Source: Octopus bimaculoides (Eukaryota). From it: DNA of 36,879 nt. The stretch lies in NCBI RefSeq assembly GCF_001194135.2, contig NC_069000.1:36258555-36295433 (forward strand), given 5' to 3'. The notes beneath the pieces were generated by a model that did no database searches, had not been told where the DNA came from, and saw nothing but the letters and a program-made list of their open reading frames with translations. Position 1 is the first letter of the stretch. Each line of letters opens with the position of its first letter. Positions 11,330 to 22,650 of the stretch are shown here, in pieces. The position numbers and the translations under genes were made by a program.

Positions 11330-11790
11330 GTGGTACTCAAAAGGCAGAAATTGATGTTTCATAAGGTGGTGAAGCAGCACCAGTGCTTATCAGGGCTGCT
11401 CACCAATGTAGGTGACAAAACTCCTACATAACCGTATGAGCTTTGTTGAGTTGGATGTTGTGATTCTTGGCCACATGTTCCTATCATCTTCAATGCTCAT
11501 TATTGCTACACCCATTCATCCTTTCTCGGTGGCTTCTAGCTATTTTCTAGCAACCTATTTTTCTTCTCCATCACAACTGGTTCAAGACTCTTGAGCACCG
11601 AGTGAACCCTGGTCCCAACAAATCCTCTAACGCTTATCTCTACAGGAAAGCATATTGTCTCCCATCCATTGTAGTCACAGAGTTCAACCAACTTCATGAA
11701 GACAAAATCTGTAATAGTGCCTTTACTATCAATTAGGTTATGACCTTCATTATACCAACATTTTACCAAACTGGTCCCATTGTCATAGAG
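11330..11790 (-). mobile_element. Remnant of restriction-like-endonuclease non-LTR retrotransposon (HERO/NeSL-like) C-terminus
   Basis: KLVELCDYNGWETICFPVEISVRGFVGTRVHSVLKSL resembles the RLE C-terminal pattern LV..C...GW.....PVEVGCRGF.G.S....LK.LG; upstream and downstream parts are decayed. Confidence 0.6.
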
Positions 11791-12218
11791 TTCTATGTGG
11801 TTCCTATATTTTTAAATAAGGCAAAAACCTTTTTTTGCAAAGCTATTAAGTGCAGGTCAAATATGCTCTCTCTCCCTCCCTCTCTCTGCTAGCCTAAACA
11901 CAGTCCTGGAGTGAGTGCAGAGGCTGTCTGTGTAACACCCAGTAATGAATGAATACACTTAATAAAGCGCAAAGACTATACAATTGCTGTATACTTTAAT
12001 ATAAAAGCAAACAGATATCTGTCAGTTGTGATAATGACTGTTCAGACATTCCATAAACTGAAATTATCTGCTCACTGAATTAGCAAGTAAGGTGCAGCTG
12101 TGTGGTTAAGGAGCTTACTTGTCAACCATGTGGTCTTGGGATCAGTCCCACTGCACAGCAAATTAATAATTTTACCAAGTAGATCGGTACGTTAAAATAA
12201 CCTTTATAGGTAAAGTTC

Positions 12219-12439
12219 ATCATCATCATCATCATCGTTTAACGTCCGCTTTCCATGCTAGCATGGGTTGGACGATTTGACTGAGGACTGGTGAAACCAG
12301 ATGGCTACACCAGGCTCCAATCTGATTTGGCAGAGTTTCTACAGCTGGATGCCCTTCCTAACGCCAACCACTCCGAGAGTGTAGTAGGTGCTTTTACGTG
12401 CCACCTGCACTAAGGCCAGGCAGGCGGTACTGGTAACGG
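12219..12439 (-). mobile_element. Young RTE 3'-UTR/(GAT)n-tail element
   Basis: Near reverse complement of 10780-10980. Confidence 0.85.
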
Positions 12440-13367
12440 NNNNNNNNNNNNNNNNNNNNNNNNNNNNNNNNNNNNNNNNNNNNNNNNNNNNNNNNNNNNN
12501 NNNNNNNNNNNNNNNNNNNNNNNNNNNNNNNNNNNNNNNNNNNNNNNNNNNNNNNNNNNNNNNNNNNNNNNNNNNNNNNNNNNNNNNNNNNNNNNNNNNN
12601 NNNNNNNNNNNNNNNNNNNNNNNNNNNNNNNNNNNNNNNNNNNNNNNNNNNNNNNNNNNNNNNNNNNNNNNNNNNNNNNNNNNNNNNNNNNNNNNNNNNN
12701 NNNNNNNNNNNNNNNNNNNNNNNNNNNNNNNNNNNNNNNNNNNNNNNNNNNNNNNNNNNNNNNNNNNNNNNNNNNNNNNNNNNNNNNNNNNNNNNNNNNN
12801 NNNNNNNNNNNNNNNNNNNNNNNNNNNNNNNNNNNNNNNNNNNNNNNNNNNNNNNNNNNNNNNNNNNNNNNNNNNNNNNNNNNNNNNNNNNNNNNNNNNN
12901 NNNNNNNNNNNNNNNNNNNNNNNNNNNNNNNNNNNNNNNNNNNNNNNNNNNNNNNNNNNNNNNNNNNNNNNNNNNNNNNNNNNNNNNNNNNNNNNNNNNN
13001 NNNNNNNNNNNNNNNNNNNNNNNNNNNNNNNNNNNNNNNNNNNNNNNNNNNNNNNNNNNNNNNNNNNNNNNNNNNNNNNNNNNNNNNNNNNNNNNNNNNN
13101 NNNNNNNNNNNNNNNNNNNNNNNNNNNNNNNNNNNNNNNNNNNNNNNNNNNNNNNNNNNNNNNNNNNNNNNNNNNNNNNNNNNNNNNNNNNNNNNNNNNN
13201 NNNNNNNNNNNNNNNNNNNNNNNNNNNNNGAAACTAAATGTATATGCATATGACACTATTTAATTATTCATCATCCACACAATATAGATTATCTACTAAC
13301 AATCGTTGGATTTGTTAACCTTTCATCAACTAAAAGGGAAATTTCAATTAATTATGTTTTGTATATT

Positions 13368-13757
13368 GTTGCAGTGTGGTACGAAGCTTGCTTCCCAAAC
13401 ACATGGTCTTGGGTTCAGTTCCACTGTGTGGCACCTTGGGCAAGTGTATTCTACTATAGCCTTGAGCTGACCAAAGAATTGTCAGTGGATTTTGGTAGAC
13501 GGAAACTGATAGAATGTATGTGTGTGTGTGTTACTGTCTCCTTGCCATGACTACACATGACAACTGTAAATGAATGTCAAGGTGATGCAAGTGGCATGCT
13601 TCATTTCCAATCTATGAAAGTAATGTTTAGGGAAATATTACCTCAATTGAAAACGTGAGAGTTAGTGACAGGAAAGGTATCTGGCCGTAGATAATCCGCC
13701 ACAACAAATACCGTCCAACACATGCAAGCGCAAAAAATGGACGTTAAAACAATGACG
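13368..13757 (+). mobile_element. tRNA-derived SINE with RTE-type tail
   Basis: Head and centre as in 28621-29004 (B box GGTTCAGTTCC, ttgggcaagtg); tail gtgacaggaaaggtatctggccgtag...ggacgttaaaacaatgac. Similar tails at 14075-14330(+), 19195-19400(-), 24330-24470(-). Confidence 0.75.
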
Positions 13758-14591
13758 GACAGAGCTAAAGGACATGGACTGCACCCCATTTCGGTTTTTT
13801 TTCTTTTCTACAGAAACCCACTTTTTCGACTGCAGAGATTCCGAATCTGCAAAAAGAGAAAAAAACCGGCATCACGTTTTCAAAATTTTAATTTCTCCCA
13901 CCCATTTTTTCTTTACTAGTGGGGTGGAGTGGGGGAAAANNNNNNNNNNNNNNNNNNNNNNNNNNNNNNNNNNNNNNNNNNNNNNNNNNNNNNNNNNNNN
14001 NNNNNNNNNNNNNNNNNNNNNNNNNNNNNNNNNNNNNNNATATATATATATATATATATACGTGTACGCATGTGTGTGTGTGTGCCCTTGTCATTACATC
14101 ATCATGTCATGATTGTAAATAAGCATCACCATCATATAAGCGATGTAGTTTGCTTTTAGTCTTGCATGAAAAAATGTCTGGTCGTAGGGAAATATCACTT
14201 TATGTGGAAAAAGGTGAGGGTTGGTGACAGGAAGAGCATCTGGCTGTAGAAAATCTGCTTCAACAAATTTCATCCGATCCATGCAAGCATGGAAAAGTGG
14301 ACATTCAATGATGATAATGATGGTGATGTAGCTGAGTATTCCACAGATGTGCATACCCTAAATGAAATTCTCACGTATAACCAGCATGATGGTATGAGAT
14401 AACTGTGGGCCTTTAAATAAAGTTACAATCCATCTCACAGGTTTCTATACAAACCAGGAGCTAAACAGCAAACACCATAAGGAGACGTCTTCACGAACCA
14501 GTGGAAGAATTCCCAATATTACCAACAACAGTCAGAGAAAAAGGGGGAAAAAAAAATACTTCATAAATATTGACAAAAAATTCTGTTAAAA

Positions 14592-14597
14592 TTTATT
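14592..14597 (-). terminator. Candidate distal poly(A) signal of CXXC1
   Basis: AATAAA on the minus strand followed by U/GU-rich sequence (TTTTTTGTC...TTTTTTTT) in a non-repetitive, UTR-like stretch. Confidence 0.25.
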
Positions 14598-14952
14598 CAA
14601 AACATCCAACATTATAAACATTTTCTAATTTCACCAAATACTCTTACATCATATAATACCCTTGTACAGAAAAATTCACACACACAAAAACCTTCTCTCT
14701 AGCACACACACATATATACTGCCCGTTATAGTAATCTGGTTACACTGAAGTAAATTGTTTATGAATATAATACTTCTCGCACAGCGAAAAGACAATGAAT
14801 TCAGAAAAACCAATTGCAAAGCCCACTCAGTTTGTAGGAAACAGCTTAATTGGAAGGATATAGGACAGGCTTGCATCGGCACTGGTAAAACACTTCCAGG
14901 TAATGTCCATGATTTCAGGCCTTCACATACACAATTTAACAGATTACCTTCC

Positions 14953-14987
<35 letters not shown>

Positions 14988-15129
14988 CATACACACATAT
15001 ATATATATACACATACATACACACACACACACACATATGTGTGTGTGTAGTAAATAAAATGAATTAAAATCTAAGCTGTATCTTCAGGAAGCACTTCTGC
15101 AAATACCAGCTATCAATTAATTGTGTACA

Positions 15130-15169
<40 letters not shown>

Positions 15170-15447
15170 CACACAATCACATCCAATAGTGTTACACTGC
15201 TAAACTTAGTGGGCATTTGAGCAATATGTTCATGGATAGTTGATGGGTGGGATGTGGGGCTGATGGAATGGAAGAGCAATAACTCGTGAAATATGCATGT
15301 ACACTCATTACTTTTTTTTATCTATCTTTGATTGCATTGTTTACACACACACACACACACACATATATATATGTTTTTATATATGAAATGTCATAACTTG
15401 CAGTTCTGGCTCTAAATTCAATAGAAAATCTATGGGGGTAAATTTAA

Positions 15448-15493
<46 letters not shown>

Positions 15494-15588
15494 NNNNNNN
15501 NNNNNNNNNNNNNNNNNNNNNNNNNNNNNNNNNNNNNNNNNNNNNNNNNNNNNNNNNNNNNNNNNNNNNNNNNNNNNNNNNNNNNNNN

Positions 15589-15658
<70 letters not shown>

Positions 15659-15834
15659 TTTCTCTGTAAGTTGGATCGATTAATATATCTATATTAATAT
15701 AAATATCTACATGTTTATACTTAAATATTCATTGTCTGAAAGTCTCCATTCTTTGCTTTCTCTCATTTTCCATGTATACATCTATACATATTTTGTATTA
15801 CATCCCCCACACACACACATATCTGCAGGAAGAT

Positions 15835-16961
15835 AGCTTTCATGTGCAGCAGATGCATAGGGGCAATAAGCAAGTACCACAGGTGCTCAGAAAACAGACT
15901 CCATCACATGCCAGGGGGAGAAACTAGAAGTAGTTGATAGCTTCTGCTATCTAGGTGACCAAGTCTGTAGTGGGGGTGGATGCTCAGAGAGTGTTACCAC
16001 TATAATAAGAATTAGCCTGGGAAAAAGTTCAGAAAGCTTCTACCCCTACTGGTAACAAAGGGTCTCTCGCTCAAAGTGAAAGGTAGATTGTATGATGCAT
16101 GTGTGCGAACTGCCATGCTTCACGGCAGTGAAACATGGGCCGTGACTGCTGAAGACATGCGTAGGCTTGAAAGAAATGAAGCTAGCATGATCCGCCGGAT
16201 GTGTAATGTCAGTGTGCACATGTCAGAGTGTAAGCACCCTGAGAGAAGCATCGGATGTGGCATGCAAGAGAGACAACTGCGCTGGTATGGTCATGTACTA
16301 TGGATGGATGAGGAGAGCTGTGTGAAGAAGTGCCACTCCCAAACAGTGGAAGAAATCTGGGGTAGAGGGAGACCCAGGAAGGCATGGGATGAGGTGGTGA
16401 AACATGACCTTTGAACATTGGGCCTCACAGAGGCAATAACAAAAGGCCGAGACCTCTTGAGGTATGCTGTGACTGAGAAGACCCGGCAAATAAAATGAGT
16501 CCACAGTTGTAACCTACACCAGTGTCACATAACCAGCCCACTCAAAAGTACCTTGGATCATAGGGTGACATGCCATGCTTGAAGAGACCTATTGAGTCAA
16601 GTACATCAACATCAGCAATATCAAAATCAAATCAAATGGAAATTGTAGTTGTGAGCCCCGTGCTGGTAGCATGTAAAGAGCACCATCCGAACGTGGTCTA
16701 TGCCAGTGCTGCCTTGACTGGCTTCCATGCCGGTGGCACATAAAAAAGCACCATCCAATTGTGGTCAATGCCAGCTCCTCTGGTCCCTTGTGCCAGTGGC
16801 ACGTAAAAAGCACCCATTACACTCTCGGTGTGGTTGGCGTTAGGAAGGGCATCCAGCTGTAGAAACACTGCCAGATCATATTGGGGCCTGGTGTAGCCTC
16901 CTAGCTTCCCAGACCCCCAGTTGAACCGTCCAACTCATGCCAGCATGGAAAACGGACGTTA

Positions 16962-17030
<69 letters not shown>
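15835..17030 (+). mobile_element. 5'-truncated RTE-clade LINE: RT C-terminal remnant, 3' UTR and (GAT)n tail
   Basis: GEKLEVVDSFCYLGDQ...KGRLYDACVRTAMLHGSETWAVTAEDMRRLERNEASM...LRWYGHV...GRGRPRKAWDEVVKHDL with frameshifts; long (GAT)n at about 16964-17029. Confidence 0.9.
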
Positions 17031-17032
<2 letters not shown>

Positions 17033-17568
17033 GTAGCAGATGATTCACTGCTTCCATATTTTTTACTTCTCTCATTGTGTTGTGTCCAGTCAGGCGCCTG
17101 AATGAACACAGAGATGTTTAAAAACTTGGCATAGCAACAGAGTTAACCATTAGCTTCAAATGAATTATATACTTACATATACACACATAAGTATATTAAT
17201 TGCTGGCAAGGACACAGTATTTCGTTTTGCAACCATAATATACAACAAAGTATATTAAAAGTTTATGAATATTATGCCTTTTGTGTTAGCAGTGCGATGT
17301 TCTCATTTTAAAGTTTATCTCTATAGATTTTCCAAACAATTCAGAGCCAGTACTGAAAATCATGATTTTTCATATATGAATATGTTTGAGTAAACAATGC
17401 AAACAAAGGGGGAACTCAAAGCAGATAAAGCTACAGGTAATAGCATATAATATTAGGTTAAAAGGCTCCTTCGATTTTTTCCATCCCAGGAGTTTTTTCA
17501 ATCCAGTATTTAAACTATTGTTTATAGCTTTATCTACTTCGAGCTCCAGCATTAAAAAAAAACCCCAA

Positions 17569-17574
17569 TTTATT
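17569..17574 (-). terminator. Candidate proximal poly(A) signal of CXXC1
   Basis: AATAAA on the minus strand about 260 nt after the stop, followed by a U run. Motif only; AATAAA is common in AT-rich DNA. Confidence 0.3.
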
Positions 17575-17836
17575 TCACTTCTCTCAAAGTTTCTGAATTC
17601 TTATGAAATAATACATACATACATACATATATATGCATATGTGCACATATATATATATATACATATATACACACACACATACATACATACATAGAATGAG
17701 GGAGAGACAGAAGAAAGATATATATATACACACACACACACACAAAGAATGAGTGAAGTTTTCAATGAAGGAGAAATGCGGGGAAATATGAAACATCTGT
17801 GTATGAGTAGGTGATATTTTGGAAGAGGGAACATTT

Positions 17837-17983
17837 TCATTCTGCTAGAATTGGAGCTTTAATGGGAGTAAGGGGGTCGTGGTCAACAGTCTGGTGGAGC
17901 AACAAACCCAGGACACCCACTCGATTCGACATGGCAATGCGAATGTTTCTTTCTTGTTCCATCAACTCATCCAACTTCATCCA
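17837..17983 (-). CDS. CXXC1: CXXC1 last coding exon (to TGA)
   Basis: ttccag|TGG acceptor; WMKLDELMEQERNIRIAMSNRVGVLGLLLHQTVDHDPLTPIKAPILAE*, compare human WYKLDELFEQERNVRTAMTNRAGLLALMLHQTIQHDPLT. Confidence 0.96.
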   Translation of the reverse strand, partial: WMKLDELMEQERNIRIAMSNRVGVLGLLLHQTVDHDPLTPIKAPILAE

Positions 17984-18252
17984 CTGGAAAGAGAAAAAAA
18001 GAAGAATACATAAATACCCACACACATATTTGTACACACACACACACACACACACACAATCTTATATCTTCATATCTTATACTTGTTTCAGTCATTGCCT
18101 GCACATAAGCCCCAGGGCTTGTTCTGTAGGTCTATATCGGCCAAACTGCTAAGTTACAGGAACATAAGCAAACTAACACCTATTGTTAAGCAGTGGAGGG
18201 CATAAAACATAACACAAAGACACACACAAACATATAAATATGTGTCTGTGTA

Positions 18253-18420
18253 TCATCATCATCATCATCGTCGTCATCACTTAACGTCCTCCTTCCATGC
18301 TGGCATGGGTTGGACTGTTTGACAGGAGCTGGCCAGGCAGGAGCCTACACCAAATTTCTGTGTTTGTTTTGGCAGTTTTTATAGATGGATGCCCTTCCTA
18401 ACACCAACCACCCATTAGTG
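18253..18420 (-). mobile_element. RTE 3'-tail element in last CXXC1 intron
   Basis: (CAT)n...ttccatgctggcatgggttggac...ggatgcccttcctaacaccaaccac. Confidence 0.8.
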
Positions 18421-18445
18421 TGTTTATATGTGTATATACTTCTAG

Positions 18446-18740
18446 CAAATTGCTGTGCTTGAGAAGACACATAAAGCTAAGTGAAATCATGATAGTTGCC
18501 AGTGCTGGTGATGTGTGAATGGCACCCGTGCCATTCACACATAAAAGTCACCCATGCTGGTGACACATAAGAAGCACATCAGTATACACTGTGGAGTGGT
18601 TGGCATTGGGAAGGGCATCCAGCAATAGAAACCAGGCCAAAACTGACTGGAGTTTGGTGCAGCTCTCTAGTTTACTAGTTCCAGTCAAACTGTCTAACCC
18701 CTACCAGCATGGAAAACAGATATTAAATGATGATGATGAT
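18446..18740 (+). mobile_element. 5'-truncated RTE end (ORF end AVLEKT, 3' UTR, GAT tail)
   Basis: ttgctgtgcttgagaagacac...gtggttggcattgggaagggcatcc...(gat)n. Confidence 0.8.
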
Positions 18741-18970
18741 GGTGGGCAGTCTCAGGTGGTTGGTATCAAAAGAGTTAATCCTTAAAATAACAAAAAGATA
18801 CCAAGAGATTTTAGATTTACTAAGAGTGTGTAGATATGTTAGAAATCACTAGAGTGTACAGAAACATAACAGAATGACTCAGAGTGTGCAAACATCATAG
18901 TTATCAGTAAGGTATACGGAGATACAAGGATCTAAGAAAGCTATGCTTTTATAACTTCTGTTCAACTTAC

Positions 18971-19123
18971 TTGACGTACTCTTTCCATGTCTATCTGTGC
19001 ACGACGTAGTTTTTCCCAACAATAATGTTTGTTGCATTTGCGTTTTGGCATTCGGCAGAATTCTCCAGTTTCTTCGAAGACATTGGAGAGGAGAGGACAA
19101 CCGCAGACTTCATCATTGCTGAC
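18971..19123 (-). CDS. CXXC1: CXXC1 exon; C-terminal Cys-rich region
   Basis: ttacag|GTC acceptor and CAA|GTAAGT donor; VSNDEVCGCPLLSNVFEETGEFCRMPKRKCNKHYCWEKLRRAQIDMERVRQ; 153 nt. Confidence 0.96.
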
Positions 19124-19426
19124 CTGTAAAGAAAGTAACAGAAACGAGTTATGAGGTGGCTTCGGTCGAAAGACAAAATATACTCATCTTCATCATCATG
19201 ATTATTCTAACGTTAGCTTCTCCATTTCTCCATGCTTGCATGGGTGGAACAGGATTTTGTTGAGGCAGATTTTCTATGGCCAGATGCCCTTTCTCATTCG
19301 AACCCTTATCTGTTCACAAGAAGAGTAATATTTCCCCATTGCCAGGCATGTTTAAGCAGAATACTGGAAACGAATGACATTCATTTACATCAAGCCCATA
19401 ATGTCAAGATAAGGAGACACAAACAT

Positions 19427-19473
<47 letters not shown>

Positions 19474-19509
19474 TTATATATATATATATGTATCTATGTG
19501 TATATATGC

Positions 19510-19552
<43 letters not shown>

Positions 19553-19581
19553 TGTATGCATATATATACACACACACACAA

Positions 19582-19615
<34 letters not shown>

Positions 19616-19863
19616 CATCATTTAATGTCTGTTTTCCATGCTGGCATGGGCTGGACAGTTTGACTGGGTTTCTTTCAATTCCCATTCATTCACAAGGCTT
19701 GACCTGAGGCTATAACAGAAGACATTTGCCCAAGGTGTCATGTAACGGGACTGGACCCAAAATCATGTGGTTGGGAAGCTCACTTCTTAATCCCACAAAC
19801 CTGTCTGCAACCATAAATATAACATTTTTTTAAAATTAGTAATCAAACACAATTCTTCCTTAC

Positions 19864-20007
19864 TTTTGGCTCCCTCGTATGTTCAGGACATAGTACTTTC
19901 AACCTTTTACAATAGGTTTTCTGTTGATGGTTGTAGGCATCACAAAACATAGAGCAACCATCAACCGGAGTCTTGTAGTAGGAACCAAATACAGTTTGAG
20001 CTTCAAA
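19864..20007 (-). CDS. CXXC1: CXXC1 exon; C-terminal Cys-rich region
   Basis: ttctag|TTT acceptor and AAA|GTAAGG donor; FEAQTVFGSYYKTPVDGCSMFCDAYNHQQKTYCKRLKVLCPEHTREPK; 144 nt. Confidence 0.96.
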
Positions 20008-20294
20008 CTAGAACAAAAAATAAAAACAAAAAAGAGTCATTAACTGTTTGTAAGTCATACATGAGAAATACAGTAGATTTGAAAGTAGAAAAAGTGATTT
20101 ACACCTTACTTCATAGTTCATAGTTAATTTGTACTTTTTATTTTTCTTTAGAGGAAAATGGACATCTATAATAGATACACTATGAAGTAACTTGTGTCAA
20201 GCATTCAACATTTTCTGCAAGTGGCATGTTGAAGTTCATTCTTATCATTTGTTTAAATCAAATAGAGATAAAGTCATATTACTTGACTACCAGT

Positions 20295-20520
20295 TTAACT
20301 CTTTAGCACTCTAATTACTCTATCAAATTTAATGCTTATTTATTCATTGTTTTGAATTAAGCATGCATTATCTCGTAGCTTCAATATTCCAATGATGTAA
20401 TCGTTTATATTTAGAATGACATTGTAGGGCAGGTATGAGCAGCTGAATTTGGCCAGTTTTAACATAAAACGTGTAGAATATTTGGGCCAGATATAGCTGG
20501 TTTAAATGTCAAAGAGTTAA
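20295..20520. mobile_element. piggyBac-like (TTAA) MITE, uninterrupted copy
   Basis: TTAA-CTCTTTAGCA...TGTCAAAGAG-TTAA; internally homologous to the outer element at 8258-8715. Confidence 0.8.
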
Positions 20521-20661
20521 ACAATATTCTTCATTTCCTCATCTAACAAAAAAAGCTATAACAAGGTTCAATAATATATTTAGAGATAAAAAAAACAATT
20601 ACAATCTTTCAGTAAAAATTACAAGAAACATGTCAAAGCATTGAAAAAAAATATGTTTTAC

Positions 20662-20760
20662 CTTGGCAAAGCACTTTTCCATGTGTCGCAGGGCACCCTT
20701 CTGCTGGATTTCACTGCCACATGTTACACAGTACATACTCAGTTCACCTTCATCGTCATC
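20662..20760 (-). CDS. CXXC1: CXXC1 exon; C-terminal Cys-rich region
   Basis: ctgtag|GAT acceptor and AAG|GTAAAA donor; DDDEGELSMYCVTCGSEIQQKGALRHMEKCFAK; 99 nt. Confidence 0.95.
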
Positions 20761-20934
20761 CTACAGAGAAATTATTGACAAGTTAAAAATATAATTCTAA
20801 CATTAATTAAAAAGATACTGCAGACTATTACACTAAAGTATTTTACAGAATAAAACAAGAGAGAAGTATTTTGATTTGTCCACCCCAAATTGGTGGTGTT
20901 GTTGTTTAGTCCAAGGTCAGCCAATTGTTATTTA

Positions 20935-21168
20935 CTTGTTACTTGTTTCAGTAATTGGACTGCTGCCATGCTGGAGCACTGCCCTGAAGAGTTTAGTTAA
21001 ACAAATCAACCCCACCACTTACAATTTTTTTCCCTTTTGGTGAAGTGTGTGAAATCTAGTACTTATTCTATCGGTCCTTTTTGCCAAACGGTAAAGTTAC
21101 AAGGATGGAAGCAAACCAACACCAGTCATCAAGTGGTGAAGGAGGACAACACAAATATGAAGACACAC
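20935..21168 (-). mobile_element. SINE 3' half (28621-29004 family)
   Basis: ttacttgtttcag...ccatgctggagcactgcc...tacttattctatcggtc. Confidence 0.7.
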
Positions 21169-21830
21169 ATCATCATTATTATTTAACATCCATTCTTCCA
21201 TGCTGACATGAGTTGAAAAGCTTGATAGGAGCTGGCAAGGCCAGGGGCTACACTAGGTTCCATAATCTGTTTTTGACTTGGTTACCTTTACCACAGGTTC
21301 CCTCCAAAGTTAGAGATCAGTACTTCTTTACACAGCTGTCCTTGCCCATACACATTACATGACCACACCAACGCAGTCATCTCTCTTGCACACCACATCT
21401 GATGCCTCTTATGCCCAACTTTTCTCTCAAGATGCTTACACTCTGTTGAACATGCACACTGACATTGCACATCCAGCGAAGCATACGGGCTTCATTTCTT
21501 TCAAGCCTACGCATGTCCTCAGCTTTCACAGCCCATGTTTCACTGCCATGTAGCATAGCTGTTAACACACAGGCACCATACAATCTGCCTTTCACTGAGG
21601 GAGAGGCCTTTGTTGCCAGCAGAAGTAGTAAGCTCTCTGAACTTTGCCCAGTCTAATCTTATTCTCACAGCTACGCTCTCAGAGCATCCACCTCCACTAC
21701 TAACTTGGTTACCTAGATAACAGAAGTTATCTACTACCTCTAGCTTATCCCACTGGCAGTTGATGTAGTCTATTTTCTGTGTTTATTTTCCCTGTTAACT
21801 TTTCTTTGATATTGCTGCAATTCTTATGTA
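21168..21830 (-). mobile_element. RTE-clade LINE remnant with internal deletion
   Basis: KGRLYGACVLTAMLHGSETWAVKAEDMRRLERNEARMLRWMCNVSVH...; same family as 15835-17030; ORF joined directly to the (CAT)n tail segment. Confidence 0.88.
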
Positions 21831-21863
21831 TCCATAGCTTACACCAGGTAAATCATTACTTAC

Positions 21864-22074
21864 TTCTTGATCATAGTTTATAATCGTTGTACGTTTCGCT
21901 TTGTCTATAAGTTCTTCAAGTTCTCTCAATTTTAGATCCAGATCATTCAAATGTTGCCGGCACACAAGCTGTTGGCGTCGAATGCGTTCTAATGATTTCT
22001 TATTATATTCTTCTGCTACACAAGGGTTGCTCTGCCATTGTTGAATTTTACGTGGTAACAGTTCACATAACCGG
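21864..22074 (-). CDS. CXXC1: CXXC1 exon; SID/coiled-coil
   Basis: tttcag|C acceptor and GAA|GTAAGT donor; (S)RLCELLPRKIQQWQSNPCVAEEYNKKSLERIRRQQLVCRQHLNDLDLKLRELEELIDKAKRTTIINYDQE; 211 nt. Confidence 0.96.
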
Positions 22075-22419
22075 CTGAAAGAAGAATATCAACAGAAGGT
22101 GAAAAATTTTAAATAGAAGGAACATAGTACAGTACCAGACCAATTATCGAGCAAACTTGGGATCAGAAGTATCCCAGATTTCTGGATTTTCTGGAGACAG
22201 TCAAAATATATATTTAAAATATAAAATAAACCATGTAAAGTAAAGAGCTAAACTGTATTGAACAGATTCAAATTAACACACTTCTAAAGCAGGATTTATT
22301 TGACATTTATTAATTAACTTAAAATTTTTTAAATATATCATACTGTATTATGTATACAATATAATGTTTATAGGATGAAAATTAAATGAAAAATGTTGAG
22401 AACATGATTTTATTTAACA

Positions 22420-22650
22420 GATCATCATCATCATTTAACATCTGCTTTCCATGTTGGCATGGGTTAGACAATTTGACTGAAACTGTTAAGCTGGAGAGCT
22501 GCACCAGTTTCCAATCTGATTTGGTATGGTTTCTATGGCTGGATGTCCTTCCTAATGCCAATCAATCCAAGAGTATAATTGGTTGTTTTTTACATGCCAC
22601 CAGCACAGGTACCAGTTACGTGACACCAGCATCAGCCACAACTACGATTT
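22420..22650 (-). mobile_element. RTE 3'-tail element
   Basis: (CAT)n...tttccatgttggcatgggtt...ggatgtccttcctaatgcca; another at about 23020-23220(-). Confidence 0.75.

Noticed and set aside
14676-15057. ORFs of 100-118 aa on both strands
   Set aside because: Partly microsatellite-derived with no homology; more consistent with 3' UTR or intergenic DNA.
16076-16414. 112-aa ORF as a host gene (also 21377-21595)
   Set aside because: These are fragments of frameshifted RTE reverse transcriptase remnants.
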